A stretch of DNA of 56,766 nt, filler included, from Diploschistes diacapsis (GCA_023645945.1; 4 parts of 4 records of this genome joined end to end with filler, not necessarily neighbours in it), one strand, 5' to 3'; positions 1 to 13,100 are shown, counted from the whole stretch's first letter. Notes: a model not told the origin generated them from the letters alone. Translations and numbers: made by a program.

Positions 1-329
1 AGAGAGTGTGTGTGTGTGTGCGCGCTTCGTCGAAAGAGCAGAACAATTCTCGCAGTTCGCATAATTGTACCCGGAAAAAAAAAAGGACGCCTCGCTAAAG
101 GGGGATTAAAATCGCAGGACCGGAAAAAAAAAAGTTTGGAACGAAAGGGTGGAGAATTAATCATATAAACGTGTTGTCCCGTGGTGGTAAAGCATGCATG
201 TCGAGTTATTCCAAGAAAGTTTGTTAAATGGTGGTAGATGTCGTAGAGGTCTGATTCGGCCAGCCCCCCCGCCCCCCCGGGCGCGGGCACTGTCCAGCCT
301 CTCCGCTCGCCATCGTGCAGCGCGCGCTT

Positions 330-3300
330 CTAAGCAGGCGCGAACGAAGCCTCCGCATCTTCCTTGAAGGCCCTCAGCTCCGCCAGTTGTGCCGCGAGTT
401 CCGCAATGACGTCGCTGATTGGCGCTGCCTCGTCCACCGCGCTCCTGCCCGGTCTGACCAGATGTCGGATCTGCAGGGTGGTGATGCACGTCTGTTCGGG
501 TCATCCCGTTAGCAAACTGGATTCCCCCCAAAAAACGAGGCAATCGCCGGACTGGCACACATACCTCGATCCTCGCCACGAGATGCTCCACGAACTGCAG
601 CAGCACCCGGTCCGACACCTCCCCGCCCCTGTTCTTCACTCTGTCCAGGATCCCCGTCTCCGGCGGCCTCAGGCCCTGGCTTCCCGGCGCCTCGAGCACG
701 CTGCACAGCATCTCCAGCCTGAGACCGACGTTCCACAGCTCCCAGATGACCTCGGGGTCCATGCTCAGCTGGCTATCGCTCTGGATGTACGCCGGGCTCG
801 GGGCCGTCATGGCGGCCTCCTTCTCCGCCTTGGCGGCTTGCAAGGTCAGGCGGGCGGACAGCGAGTGCGGGTACATCATGTAGACGTATTCTGGATTCTC
901 GAGCCCCTTGAGCTTGCGCTCGCCAAGGTCCTTGATCTCGAAGCCTTGGGTCGAGAGCATGCGCAGATCCCGTCGGATGGACTGCGAAACGGCCTCTTCG
1001 ACCATCGTGTCCTCGGAGCCCATCGAGGAGCTGCGATCCGAGTCGGCATATGTGTCGAGCGTGCGCTGAATCTCCGTGATGAAGTCGTGGGAAACCGTAA
1101 TCTGGCCCCCGTCGGCGACGGAGGAGATTCTCGAGGCCCGGTTGACCATCGGCCCGAAGTAGTCCATGCGCTTGGTGATGGGATCCGGCTCGCACACGGG
1201 GTCGCCCCAATGCGCACCCATGCGCACCGACAGACCGCGGAAAATAACGTTGTCGTCGCTGTCGAGGACTTCTTGACCGTGGATGCTGTCCAGTATCTCG
1301 ACGGGCCAGGGGGCGGTCAGCAAAAGCGTTTGGACGGAGAAGCACCAGAGCAATGCGGCGGTCGCGCTGGGGAAGGAGACCATGAAGGCGTCACCTTCCG
1401 TCTTTACCTCGTAGCCGCCAATGATGCGCAACTGGCGCCGGAGCAGTTCGTTGTGGATCCTGATGGCGGAGCGCATGGCGATGGGAAAGAGCTCCCAGAG
1501 CGCAGTAGAACTCTTGATATCCGTGAAAACGAGGGCGAGGTTCCCCGTAGGAGCCAGAATCTCCCGGTCGAGTCGAGCAAGCGAGGAGTCTGCTGGTGCG
1601 TTGGGGTCTCTCTTCTGCCTCTTGCCGCTGTACACTTGATCTTCCATTTGCGACGGGCCCATCGAGAAGGTGTTCCCTCTGTTGCGGCTACGTTCGCGCT
1701 TCTTGAGCTCTGCCACCCCAATGATCATGACCATGAGCTTGTTGGTCGCGCCGTATGCGATTGCCAGGTCACGAAGCTTCTGAGACGCGCGCATGAGGTC
1801 GCCTCGCTCGGAGCGCGCAACATCGATGGCAAGGTCCGGGACCACATATTCCCAAAGCTCCTTGGAGGCTATCAAGACCATCTCGTCCTGCTCGCGGAGG
1901 GTAAGCTGCTTGATGCTGGGCGCCGCCATGACCGCCGGAACATGCTGAATATATCCAAACGCGCGAGAGACTTCGAGCGAGTCGTTCAGTCTCCCATACC
2001 GCGAAACGAACCCGCCGGTTTCTCTGATACGCTCACGCTCTTCATCGTAAGCGGGATCGTGTTTTTCGGTCAGTATATGGTAGCTCCCATCGGAATGCAT
2101 GAGCATGGCCTGGGCATCACCAACATTCGCAACATACAGTTCCATGTTATCCAGAAAGAGCACCGTAGCAACGCCTCCGGAGTGCAGATCATCTGGACTT
2201 AGCCCTTGTCCTGAAATGGATCCCCTATGAGGTATTGACGGAAGCCTGTGGGTTCTACCATCCAAAGTCTGGCTTGCGGCAGTGGCCAGCGACTTGTTCA
2301 GCGAAAGAAAGGTTCGACGAAGCGCATCCTGCGGTGTCTCCGGACTCTGGAGCCTGGCCAGCTCTTCGGTGAATGTGGATGCAAAATTCTCGTGCAGGAA
2401 CTTCGCAACGGTAGACCCGGCGCTCGACAATGACTGCCCGTCGAACATTCCGAGGAGGGTTTCCGCGTCACGCCCTCTGAATCGGGGAACAACTAGGTCG
2501 CTGATCGAAAGGTGTTCGTGCTTGCCAAGACTATCGGCCATGCCATACTTCATGGTCCCTACGGTCGTGCCCGAGGTACGGACTCGGCGATCAGGATTCT
2601 CTTCCGGCACGGTGTGGATCGTCAAGGTGACATCCATCAGGCCCAAGACTCGCAAATGGTATAGGGCGGTAAAGTTCGTGAGGTCCTGCATTTCGGCATG
2701 GCTACCGCTCCCGAACGTATTCGCTGGAGGCTTGATTTCGAGACGTTTGTTTCCAGAAAAGTTCAGGTACTTCAGGTTCTGGTTGAAGTTCCAGTTCCAG
2801 TCGTACCTCCAATTCGTGACATTGTATTTGAGGAGGTTGCTCCCGATATCCAGACATGCAAGTTTCCGCACCTTGCCGAGTTCTGCGGGAAGATGGGAGA
2901 ATTTATTGCCATTCAGATACAGAACAGTCAAGGGATGGTTGTCCATTATCGCCAGGTCATCCGATGGCAGCGAGGTGAGCTCATTGCCAGAGAGATAGAG
3001 CTCGTGAAGATGTGGCCACCTTCGTAGCGCGTTCTGAGGGACGTCGTCAATGAAGTTGTACGACAGATTTAAAGACCGAAGCTCTGGGAGAAGAGATATC
3101 ATGTCAAAGACATCGTCACCGAGTCGGTTGTCTGCCATCAGTAGCTGCTTCAAGGAGCCGGCAAACGTTGTCGTAAGCTTCGACGAAAGATTGGAGTCCT
3201 TGCGCGCAAGAATATTCGCCTCGACGGTCGGCGACCGCGAGATAACGGAGGCTTTTCTGCCGCCAGGTCCATATACCGAGACGATAGAGTTTTTCCTCGT

Positions 3301-6300
3301 GGAGCCTGCTGGAGAGCTACCTACACTTAGGAGACTGCTGGACCCTTGACTAGGTCTCCTTAGAACGACGTCCTCCAACCTGCCTGGTTCGTCACCACCA
3401 GGACTTGGCGGAATCGCGTTATTTCCCGACTGGGCGGCCTCCATTGTCGGTGGCTGTAGAGACGAGGAAGGCTTGGGGAAGCTCTCCAGGACATTGGAAG
3501 ACAGATTCAAGGTGTCCAGCTTGGCACAGAACCAGAGCTCCGGCGGTAGCTTGCGGATGTTACACTCGTGCAAATCGAGGAAGCGTAGCTCCTGCAGACA
3601 GCCAATGGTAGGCGGGAGCGTCGTCAGAGCGTTCTTCGCCATATTGAGGTACTCGAGCTTCGTCAGTCGCCCAATGTGGGTAGATAGGGTGGCGAAGAGA
3701 TTCTTGTTAAGGGTGAGTTTGGTCACGTTCGGGACTCTCTCGAACAGACTGTCGTCTAGGTGTGCAAGCTTTGCAGAGGCAAGGTTCAGAGATGTCAGAG
3801 TAGGCATGGGAGCTTGGATTTCAAAGCGTGTAATTGGATTGTGGTCCGCTTGCAGCTTCTTCAATTTCTTGAAAGTTCCCTCGAACCTCGAGATGTTGTT
3901 ATGCCCAATCATTAGCTGCTCCAGATTCGGGAGCTTGGAGAAGACGTCCATGCTTGATATCTTATTGAACCGGATATCGATTTCTTTCAGTTGATCAAGC
4001 TCTTTCAGCTGCTCGGGGAACGAGCCAGAAAGCTGGTTGTTGGTCGCCCAGAATCGTTCAAGACTCCTGAGTTGGCCAACCTTGGGCAACTCGGTGATGT
4101 TGTTGAAGCTAATATCGAGGTCGACCAACGACTGAAGGTCGAACACGACGTTCGGTAGCTCGGAGAAGTAGTTGGTGGACAGTACAAGGCTCCTTAGCTG
4201 GGTCCATTCGCTGATATATGAAGGGAGAGTCGTCAACTTATTGTTGGCCAGCTTGATACTGACAAGATTCTGTAGTTTCCCGAGCTGTGCATGTTCAAGG
4301 TCGGTCAAGTAGTTGTTGGAGACGTCGAGCACTGTGAGCTTTGAGGCAAGGCCGAAGCTTGCTGGCAGCTGCCACGCTTCGTTGCCGGTGAACTTGATCT
4401 CCCTCAGGTGGACGCAGCTCTGGATGAAGTCTTTTGGGACGTCCAGCGCCAGGTTGCGGGAAAGATTGAGCGTCAGTATCTCTCCCGCCTTTTTGTACAG
4501 GGCGATCGGGATCGTGACAAGGCTCCGCGCGGTTAAGTCGACATTGCTGAATTTGCTCATCTTATCTAGCCCAGAGTCTTTCTCGAGACTGTAGTAGCCC
4601 GTAATCTTGGTGGGTACAAAGGTGAAGCGGCACAGGTAGCTGTTGTCATCTCGTCCAATCTCCTCGATTCCGTCCGAGGACCGATAGCCTGCCTGCTCGA
4701 GCAGATGTCGCTGAATGGCGACCGGCCTGTCGCCCGGGGAAAGCTGCTTCTGGATGTCGTTCTTCTTCATGATGATCTGGTAGGTGTTGAGCTCGTCCTG
4801 CAAGAACGACTTCTTCCCAAGGATCTGCAGAATCTCCGCGGCCGTGGTATTGAGAGGGGTGGATAGTGTTGCGAATGTCCCGTCTATGCGGAACACCCGC
4901 AGACCATAAGGCAGACCCGTGTCATCGGTATCCATCTCTTGACTGACCGGCGCTTCCACTTCGTCCTCGACCCGCTTGACAGCCCACGAATCCGGCGCAT
5001 CCCAGGCAACGGCGCCGCTCGGCAGAGCAGACTCCCAGCCTTCCCTGAGCATGCCGTCGGGGAGTGTGACACCGGTTGGTATGCCTCCTGTCCAAGGTGC
5101 CTCTGACCCTTTCGCACTCACAATACCCTCCATATCGTCCAGATTAGTATCCAGGTTCCAGTATGAGGACTCTCCCGTGAGCGGACCCTTGCCCGTCTTT
5201 TCTCCATCCTGCACGAAGCGGCTCCGGCTTGGTGTGAGCGACTTGCCATGGCTGTGACCCAGCAACCGTAGTTTACTTTCCTTTCTCGAAGCCGGGTCGC
5301 TCTGAACGTCGTTCGGCTTGGTGGTCGCACCGCTATCGAATGTTGCAATACTGGCGTCCCGAGCTTTCTTCGGATAGATAGGATCGAGTTTAACGAAATT
5401 ACTATGGCCTGGCTCCTCCAACGACCTCTGCGATCCAGGCAGGCTCCTCAACGAGTCTGCGTTGCCTTTATCTGGCTTGTGCCTTCGAATTCTATCAAAC
5501 AGCGAGCGCTTGGCGGAAGTTGAGCCATCGCCTGGAGAGCGATCTGCTGCACTCGCGCTTGGAAGCGGGCTGCCCAGTCGCGCGCTGTTGAGTTGGCTGC
5601 GAGACGCCATTGGCGAGCTGGGAGAGGGAGGGAAGTCCGCGGCTCGCAAGCCGCTGGAGGAATTGTTGAGCTGTGCAAAAAATTGCGGAGATGGCCTCGG
5701 CTGAAAGGGATCTCGAGATGACGGAGAATTGTCTTCTTTACTTCGGTTGTGTCTTTGGCCGAAGCCGTGATGGTGACCTTGATGACCGTGTTGTCCGCGT
5801 CCTGGTAGGTGGAAATGATGATGCGAGTGTCCAGCACTCGCAGGATGGGGTGGCTCGTGCTCGTACCTCGATCTTTCCAGTCCCGACGGCCTCTGCTTAA
5901 TAGGAGCATCGCCATACTGAGGAATGTCCTGGCAACACGAAAGTATTAGCGCTGTCGCTAGGAAGGTGCGATGGTGCCGAGACACCTGACATAGTTGCCA
6001 TAGTAGCTTCTCGAGCCAGTACATCGCAAATTATACACGCCATTAGGGAACGGAACGTGAATAGTAGCAGTCTTCTCATTTTGAATCTGATCTGGCAACC
6101 CGAGCAAGTCGCCAAAATTCACCACACCATTGAATGCGTAGGTCCAACTGGCCATGGACGGATAAGACAGGCGCGGACGCTGACGGCGAGGGTGGAGCAT
6201 TACGTGCTTCAAATAGTTCTCGAAGCATCTTAACCCGATCTTGTAAGGCAACAGCTACGTTCCAGGGCATTCAAGCAGGTAGAATTAAAGTCAAATTGGC

Positions 6301-7400
6301 TTACCTCGAAGTCTTGGAACACCCAGGGCGCAACTTCGCTCGAAGGCAATTGAGGTTGCGGTGTCCTTGGTTTCAGCGAAGACGGTGAGACGGCTCTCTC
6401 ATGCTTTCGCTCCAAAGTCGTGCTGGCACGCGGCCGCAATGGCGGGCGCAGCGACGAAGTAGAGGCAGCGGTTGTCCGGTTATAGTATGGCTGAGCTCCC
6501 CCTTTTGCTACTTCATGGAGGGCAAGCTTTCCTACGAAGTTCCTAGCCTGTGCTCTCGATCCTGTTGCCTCATGTGACGTCCTACTTGCTGTTGCTGTTG
6601 ATGTGGAACTTGCTAGGGATGATTGTCTCTCCTCACTTGCCCTCCAAGGCGAATCGTACGATTCACTCGTGTCGGTCTGGGCTGTACCTGGTCGATGTGC
6701 TTCGCCGGGTCCATCGTCGGTGTCATCTAGAAAGAAGCTCTTTGAGGGTGGCAGTCGAGCTGTGGCAGGTATTCGAGACGGCTCGGTTTCCCATGGTGCT
6801 ATCTGGGCAAGAGGGGCGGATGGCGGATCTCGGGAGATGGAGGGAATGTTCGGGCTATCGGCGGCGTGGATCTCTTGACGGTGGTTTACGAAAGGGGCGG
6901 TAAGAGGTCCTCGACGGCTCGTGGTGGATTCGGTATGGTCTCCAAAATAACTTCCTCCTTCCGACCCTCTACTTCCTGGCGAGACGGGTTGGTCGTCTTT
7001 GAGCCTGTGGGAAGATGCAGACAGCCGTTAGCTCAATTGTTTCAAGACACGGGAGCTGGAAGAGCCGATGCTACAGGAAATTTATCTCGTCACGCAAGAT
7101 TTGTTTCGGGAGCGACCCAGTGCGCCAGAAACATCTTGTAGCTGATTCAACAGATGCCGCTCTGAGGTTGGCACGCCAGGACAACGCTCAGAGCGTTACT
7201 CGAGCGTACGTTGCTTTGGCGCGATGCGCGCTCGCTCCCAAGGCAGGAAGACTATGGAGGCTCACTACTTACTTGGACCATCCGTCAGCTAACTTGTTCC
7301 CCAAATGACCTCCCTTCTCCTTTACTGCTCCCGACAGGCTCCATCCGCCGTGCTTGCCTCCATTGCCGCCATTTCGGTTCGAAGGGTCTCTTCTCGTCAT
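330..7400 (-). CDS. CYR1: Fungal adenylate cyclase (G-alpha-binding, RA, LRR, PP2C-like and class III cyclase domains), 4 exons, ~2117 aa
   Basis: Inferred exons 7400-7273, 7004-6305, 5928-565 and 491-330. Donors are GTAAGT/GTAAGC/GTATGT, each intron has a GCTAAC/GCTAAT branch point and CAG acceptor, and the phases close in frame. The start ATG lies in a CACCATG context (MTRRDPSN). Motifs: VAPWVFQD, LRVFRIDGTFATL (RA domain), many LRRs, MFDGQ and LYVANVGDAQA (PP2C-like), LVFTDIKSST, YEVKTEGDAFMV and DYFGPMVNRASRI (cyclase). Confidence 0.96.
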
Positions 7401-8577
7401 GGTGAAGCCCGGAGATGTCTATCACTCGAGCCTCTAGCTGGGTGTGGGACGGCAATCGAACCAACAGACCGACGACTGCGTCTGCTACCGCAGCCCAGCA
7501 CTTCTTGACAGAGTTCGTTCAGACATTGGTTGGTTTGCGCATCGAGCTGTCTTCGGTGGTAGCCGGGGGGGTGTCCAAGGCTACGTTGTTACGTTTTGCC
7601 TCTCGATTTCGGCCGCTTCGTGTCACGTCGCTCTACAGTCTGACCATCGCACGCTCGAACCGAGAAAGAAAGGCGATGAGGTCAACGAACGAGCTGGACA
7701 ATGGTGGCCTGGCCCTGGCCTTTGGATTTCCCAAGAGGAAGGAAGCGCAGAAGTACCATGGACTGGGACTTGGTCGACGTTTGTTGGTGGAACGCCCAGC
7801 CAGCGGGGCCAAGCCGAAAAAGCACGAGCGCCTTGATGGCGCGATTAGATTTTACCCTTGGTACTATGTGGGTTCCACCAAGCGATCTGGAGCTTAGGAT
7901 CTTTTGATCCGAGTGCTGCTGCTGACTGACTCATGAAAAGAAATGCGGAGTTCTTTGCTGGAGCCGGAACGCTGGAAGGGAAGTTCCCAGGCTCGGGCGG
8001 TGGTGTGCTGAGCATAACAGACAACAAAAAGGCAAGACGAGAAGATGTAGCAAGCTGGGGAGTCAAAAGATTGGGCATGCGATTCATAATTCGGGATTCA
8101 AAGAGTCCATTTCAGCGCTCCTCGTTTTTTTTTTGGCTTTTCGAATGATGCGACAAACCAGGGCTTCAAAAACAATCAGAATGCGTCCGGTACTGCAAAC
8201 CGCCAGCCAAATCATCAGAGAAGTCTAATTTTGACATTGATGTGCATCATCATTCATGATCTCTTTGTGTATCGTTCAGCCCATTCACTTTTCATGTCCT
8301 TGGGTTGAACATCCGTGAAGGCTTCCCACGCCCCGAAGCATTTACTTACACCAGCTTGCGCTGTTCGTCCGCTTGCCTTTTGCCATCCATATCATCGTCC
8401 GGTATGATACCTAGAGGACTTGTGCCTGCTACCAGCATTGGGTCAAAATCTACATGTCCCAAGGAGCGTTATTGGTAATTAGCGGAGATTAGGAAATGGA
8501 ATCACCATCATGGCTCGTAAATTACATTCGCAAAGGGCTAAACTGGCTCGCTCGCACGCACGCGTGTTCCTCGGCTT

Positions 8578-10362
8578 CTACTCCGCGCAGCTGCCAATGT
8601 TCTGCAAGCACCAAGTCATCTGCACCACCGAAGCCCCGAAGCCCATGGCCACCATGCGCTCTCGCACGTCGGCCAGTCTCCTCGTGACCGTCTCGTTGAC
8701 GGCCTTGGCGCCGTTGGGACCGCTCCACATGACTTCGGCAGCGGCGCTCGCTCGCGGCCAGACCTTGCTGTCGAGATTGACGGGGTCCGTGAGCTCGCCC
8801 CACATGTGCACCTCGCCGCCGATCATCAAGGCGTTCTGGGCAGCGGTGAGGTTCGCGGCCGGGTCGTAAGCGTAGATCTCGCGCCACGACTTGTAGGGCG
8901 AGCAGTAGTCGGTGTAGGGCGGAGCAATGGGTGTCTGGGGGTTGGTGGTGCTGGGGTCGACCCACTGGCCGAAACCGCAGTCGAGGTACCACCAGTCGTA
9001 CTCGCCGAAAAGTGCCTGATAACCTTGGTTCGTGACCGTTGCCAGAGAGCTCTCGCCTAGCCAGGTCTGCACGATCGTGTCGTTCGTGTCGAGTGTCAGG
9101 TTCCAGGTCGTAATCATCTCTTCCCATACGATGGGATGGAGTCCCGCGGCACGGACGTTGGCGTGCAGGTGGTCAACGAACTGTTGAAGGTACTTCCGGA
9201 TGGTCTGTGTGTTGTTCGTCATGAGATCGGGATCGAGGTTGTAGACGTTCGCATTGAGCTCGTCGCCACCGGTGTGGAAGCGCGAAGTGTAGGAGGAAAC
9301 GCGCGGGTACAAGTCCTTTGCAAGTTTGTCGAAGAAGCCGAGGACTGCGCTGTTGTTAAGCTTCATCTGTCCGCAGGGAGGCTCGTTGCAGTACGTTGGC
9401 CAGGGCTGCTCGTTGAACGCTACGATTAGCTCGGGCATCGAGTACGCGACAGACGCGGTGTGGCCGGGAGAGTCAATCTCGACGACAGGCTCGATACCTC
9501 GTGCCACGGCGTACTGTTGCACGTCGGCCAGGTCGGACGGTGACCAAACATACGATGGCATATAAGCTCCTTTGGCCGAGACTTCGGGCATGGTAGGTAG
9601 CACAAGTGGCCAAGACTGCGAATCGGTAGCGTGGATGTGGAGTCGGTTGAATTTGTTGAAGGCAAGACCGTCGATCAGCTTCTTGACCGCGGAAGGCGGC
9701 TCAAAGTTGCGGGCAATGTCGATGTTGAGTCCACGCCATGGGTACGTCGGTTGGTCCCGAATCTGCACAGGCGCGAGCGGAGAATAGAAGCGGCCCTTGG
9801 AAGATTGGTAGAATAGTTGGGAAAGAGTGGTAAGGCCGTGCATTGCGCCCTGAGCGGAGGATGCCTTGATGGTAACGCTGCCGCTGGTTGGCATGTCCAA
9901 AGAGTAAGACTCGTCGACCCAGCTCGAGTTCGAGGTGCTGGTAACCATCTGGACGTTTATGCTACTGATCTGCGTACCATTGCTGGAGGAGGGTTCGTAC
10001 TGTGAGTCGCGGGGGAAGAATTTCCATGGGACGTAGGTGCTCTCGTTCAACGAAGCCTTGAAGCGCGCGAAAGCTGCAGCGATGAGCTCCCCATCAGAAC
10101 TGTTGGTACCCTTGGGACTTCCACGACCGCTCTTGATGTGACTGCAGGTACGTTAGGGAAGGGCACTAGCGAGAAAGGATGCTACCCACTGGAGGGACCG
10201 AGTATAGGAAGGGCTTGAGAAGCCGGTAACGCTCGTCTTGACGGCCGGCGTTATCCAGACGACAGAAGAACCATTGGTGTAAGACGAGGGCACAGGCACG
10301 ATAGCGGTTGCTAAGCTCACCAAGTGCGTTAGGCACAGTAGCGAGGCTAAAGACACGAACAT
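8578..10362 (-). CDS. nagA: Secreted beta-N-acetylhexosaminidase (GH20), 2 exons, ~578 aa
   Basis: Signal-peptide-like MFVSLASLLCLTHLVSLATAIVPVP. Intron 10142-10189 (GTGGGT...CTAAC...CAG). GH20 motifs WRGLNIDIARNF, LHIHATDSQSWP, EIDSPGH, FHTGGDE, WYLDCGFG and GGEVHMWGE...WPRASAAAEVMWS. Confidence 0.95.
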
Positions 10363-10917
10363 GATTGCGCTTTGTCTGGGGGTGATTTGATGAAGCTTGA
10401 GTACAGAAGAGGTTGAAGGCAGGAAAACCAAGAGAGCTTGACGGGGTACCAGCTTGTATTTGAGATGCTTGTCGAAAGCAGCCACAAGTGGGAGGTACAG
10501 GCTGGGGATCTGCAGGTTCGGTTGCATTCGCATGCAAGTTGATTGACTACTGGACTCGGGAGATGTTATCTGAAGGCGGGAGAAAGGGGAGAAACGTACA
10601 TTCAGCATTGTGAGTTAAGCGTGTGACAAGGAAGTTCAAGGCACAGAATGGTGTTCTAGTCCATTGTTTTTAATTAGACAAGAGCATGAGTTCTGGTCAA
10701 AGAGATTGATTGATTCATCATCCCCGGCTACTTAGCAGAGCAGGCAGTGAGTGAGTGAGTGAGTAAAGGGCATGTGTATGTATGTGCCATAGCAGTCTCC
10801 CCATCGGACGGACGAAGCTAGAATTGTAAGGTAGCAATCAATCTACTCAGAGATACTGGGAATCAGCTGGGCAAGTTGCTTGTGATGTGTGGTGGGGAAG
10901 TTGAAGGTGGGGTAAGC

Positions 10918-11003
10918 AAGTAAGTAGTAAGTAGTAAGTAGTAAGTAGTAAGTAAGTAGTAAGTAGTAAGTAGTAAGTAGTGAGTAGTGAGTAGTGTAGT
11001 AAG
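10918..11003. repeat. Simple tandem repeat, approximately (AAGTAGT)n
   Basis: About 11 imperfect 7-nt units read directly. A short (GAGT)n run lies at about 10748-10765. Confidence 0.9.
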
Positions 11004-12087
11004 AATGTAGTATATGTAGTTATGTATACTCTACAGTACAAACTTGGTTGGGAACGGGCCGTTCCCTGACTCCGGCCGAGCCTAAGCCCGAGTCCGATGC
11101 TTAGTGCGTAGTATGTACTGGGATCAGCACTACTACAACTTTACACCTACTGGCCAATGGATGCACGTGATATGGTTCGACAGTCTAAAATCTGGACATA
11201 ATACCCAGAGAACTGTACCAATCATACTCGGCGGTTGGACCACTGCTCCACACGGCAACGTCTGTATATAGAGCTTCAACGTTTGAGCCTGTCCTGCTTC
11301 GTCACCTTTCTTGCATAATTTCATCTTACCTCAGCCTCATCGGCCGCTCAAGCCGAGAATTTGACTTTCTCCCCCATACATTGCGCCGTGTCGCCGCTTA
11401 CTCTGGACGTGTGAATATGCCCATGGGAAATATCAACTTGTCAGACTCGTGGTCCGTGCAGCACGACTTCTTGTTGTACCTGAATGAAGTCCTTTTTGTA
11501 ATTTATTTTTCTATTATAGACCCACTAGGGTGAACTTGCTCTTAGCGACTTTATTGAAATATGCTGGAGTTACTGTATGTAATCCGGACTGTACAACATG
11601 AGCTCCCATTCTTTCTTCTTTGTCCTCTCACACTCGGGCGGCTTATAGTACTAAGGTCCCTTCTCCCTCAGACCGGAGAGCTAATCCATACCAAAAGCTC
11701 CTGGTATCCTCGAAGTTGTGGCCCCAAGATACCAGAGCCTTCATATAATGAAACTTCAGCCGTCCTTCCCAATACAACTGAAGCTTCGAAAATGGTTCGA
11801 TCGGGAGGTTGGGAGGCGCTCCACGCCTATGTGGTGCTATAATATTGCCGAAGAAAACTCCGCTGGTTTGAGATTGCCAGCATTGTCAGCTGGTACAGTA
11901 GATGGCATTGTGGTGGGTGGCTGGAGTATAGAAGCACCACACAGATGCTTGAGGTCGGCAGGTATTGAGCATTGATAATCTAAGCCCAGTAGGCACCAAC
12001 AGCTGGGCAGTGGTCAGCGCTCCGGTGCAATATGTGATGTTGCAATGTAAGCCATATGAAACACACAAGAAAATGAAATACCCGCAT

Positions 12088-13100
12088 TCAGGTTCGCTGC
12101 CGCAGTGGCTCGAAGCGAAACTGGTTCATGAAGCCCTGATGGTCCTCGATCTGTTCGAGCTTTAGTCTTGCCCTCCGTTCCCGGTCACGGTCAGGCCGCC
12201 CGGGCGAGAAAGTTTCGATTCCCTGCGCCCTGAAGAGCCTCGCTATACGTTTCTTGCGGGCGCGACCGTAGCTTTCATCGCGCGCGCCCCGATGCGACAG
12301 CAGGTGTAGCCTTACGGCGTGATGCAGGTCGTGAAGCGGTTTCTCTTGCAAGGCGGATGACCGTGCTCTCTGCTCTTGCAGCTTCATATCAGTCAGTATC
12401 GTCTTCCAATCAGAGCTTGCTTGGGTATGCATGATTATGGAAGATTGAAGAACAGTTCAGCCCGAGCAATTGCCCCCCCCCCCCCCTGCGTCTTGCCATA
12501 GCCTCAAGCTTGGTTACATACCCATCTTCTGCTCATGGATTGACGTAACTTCTCTTCGGTCAAGAGCCTGGTAAATGTGTCCGTCCAAGTAATTCTTACT
12601 TCGAACCCTTCTTTCTCGGTGGCAACGAGGTTGAATCCACACAGTTCCGTATCGTTTACATACCGCTCAACCGCAAGCATGTGTGGAGGGTATGCCCAGT
12701 CATTTGGCGGATGTGTGCGCAATTTGTCTTGTAGCCGCTCAAGACGATGCTCGGAAGAAGCTGGCACGCTGCTCATCTCCTTGTCGTAGGTAAAGACAGC
12801 AACCGAGGGGTTCTCTAGGTCCACGCCACGACAGGTGAGCCAAAGCCCCGAGTCGTCGTCGTCGTTTCCTGGAGTATCGCCTTGAATACGGTATGTGATG
12901 TAAGTTCTCTTCAGTTGATTCTTTCGCACGTAGTCTTGTACCAAGTCTCGGAATTGATGGTTGACGTTGCGTAGGGCTGTCCATAGAAAGACGAGGTCAG
13001 ACTCCTCGGCAAAGCCCTGCGATATAACCGATGCAAGAATTTCTGGCGGAAGTCGCGTCACGGGACGCTGGGTATTATTCATTGCCTTCTTTTTTTGCAT
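12088..13100 (-). CDS. Hypothetical protein with an N-terminal F-box-like motif, probably 2 exons
   Basis: RLPPEILASVI...LWTALRNVNHQFRDLV resembles an F-box. There is a GTATGT donor at 12521 and an in-frame downstream ORF 12088-12432. The acceptor (~12370-12382) and the start codon are uncertain. Confidence 0.55.

Noticed and set aside
157..564. C-terminal extension of the 1955-aa ORF (VCVPVRR...TTRLYD)
   Set aside because: It is read-through of intron 492-564. The real last exon is in another frame and stops at 330.
364..2202. 612-aa plus-strand ORF and similar antisense ORFs over GH20, FEX, the exonuclease and the last gene
   Set aside because: These are shadows of GC3-rich coding sequence on the other strand or frame, with no recognisable motifs.
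10918..11003. Repeat resembling a CRISPR array or telomere
   Set aside because: It has no unique spacers and is not TTAGGG. It is a simple minisatellite in a eukaryotic intergenic region.
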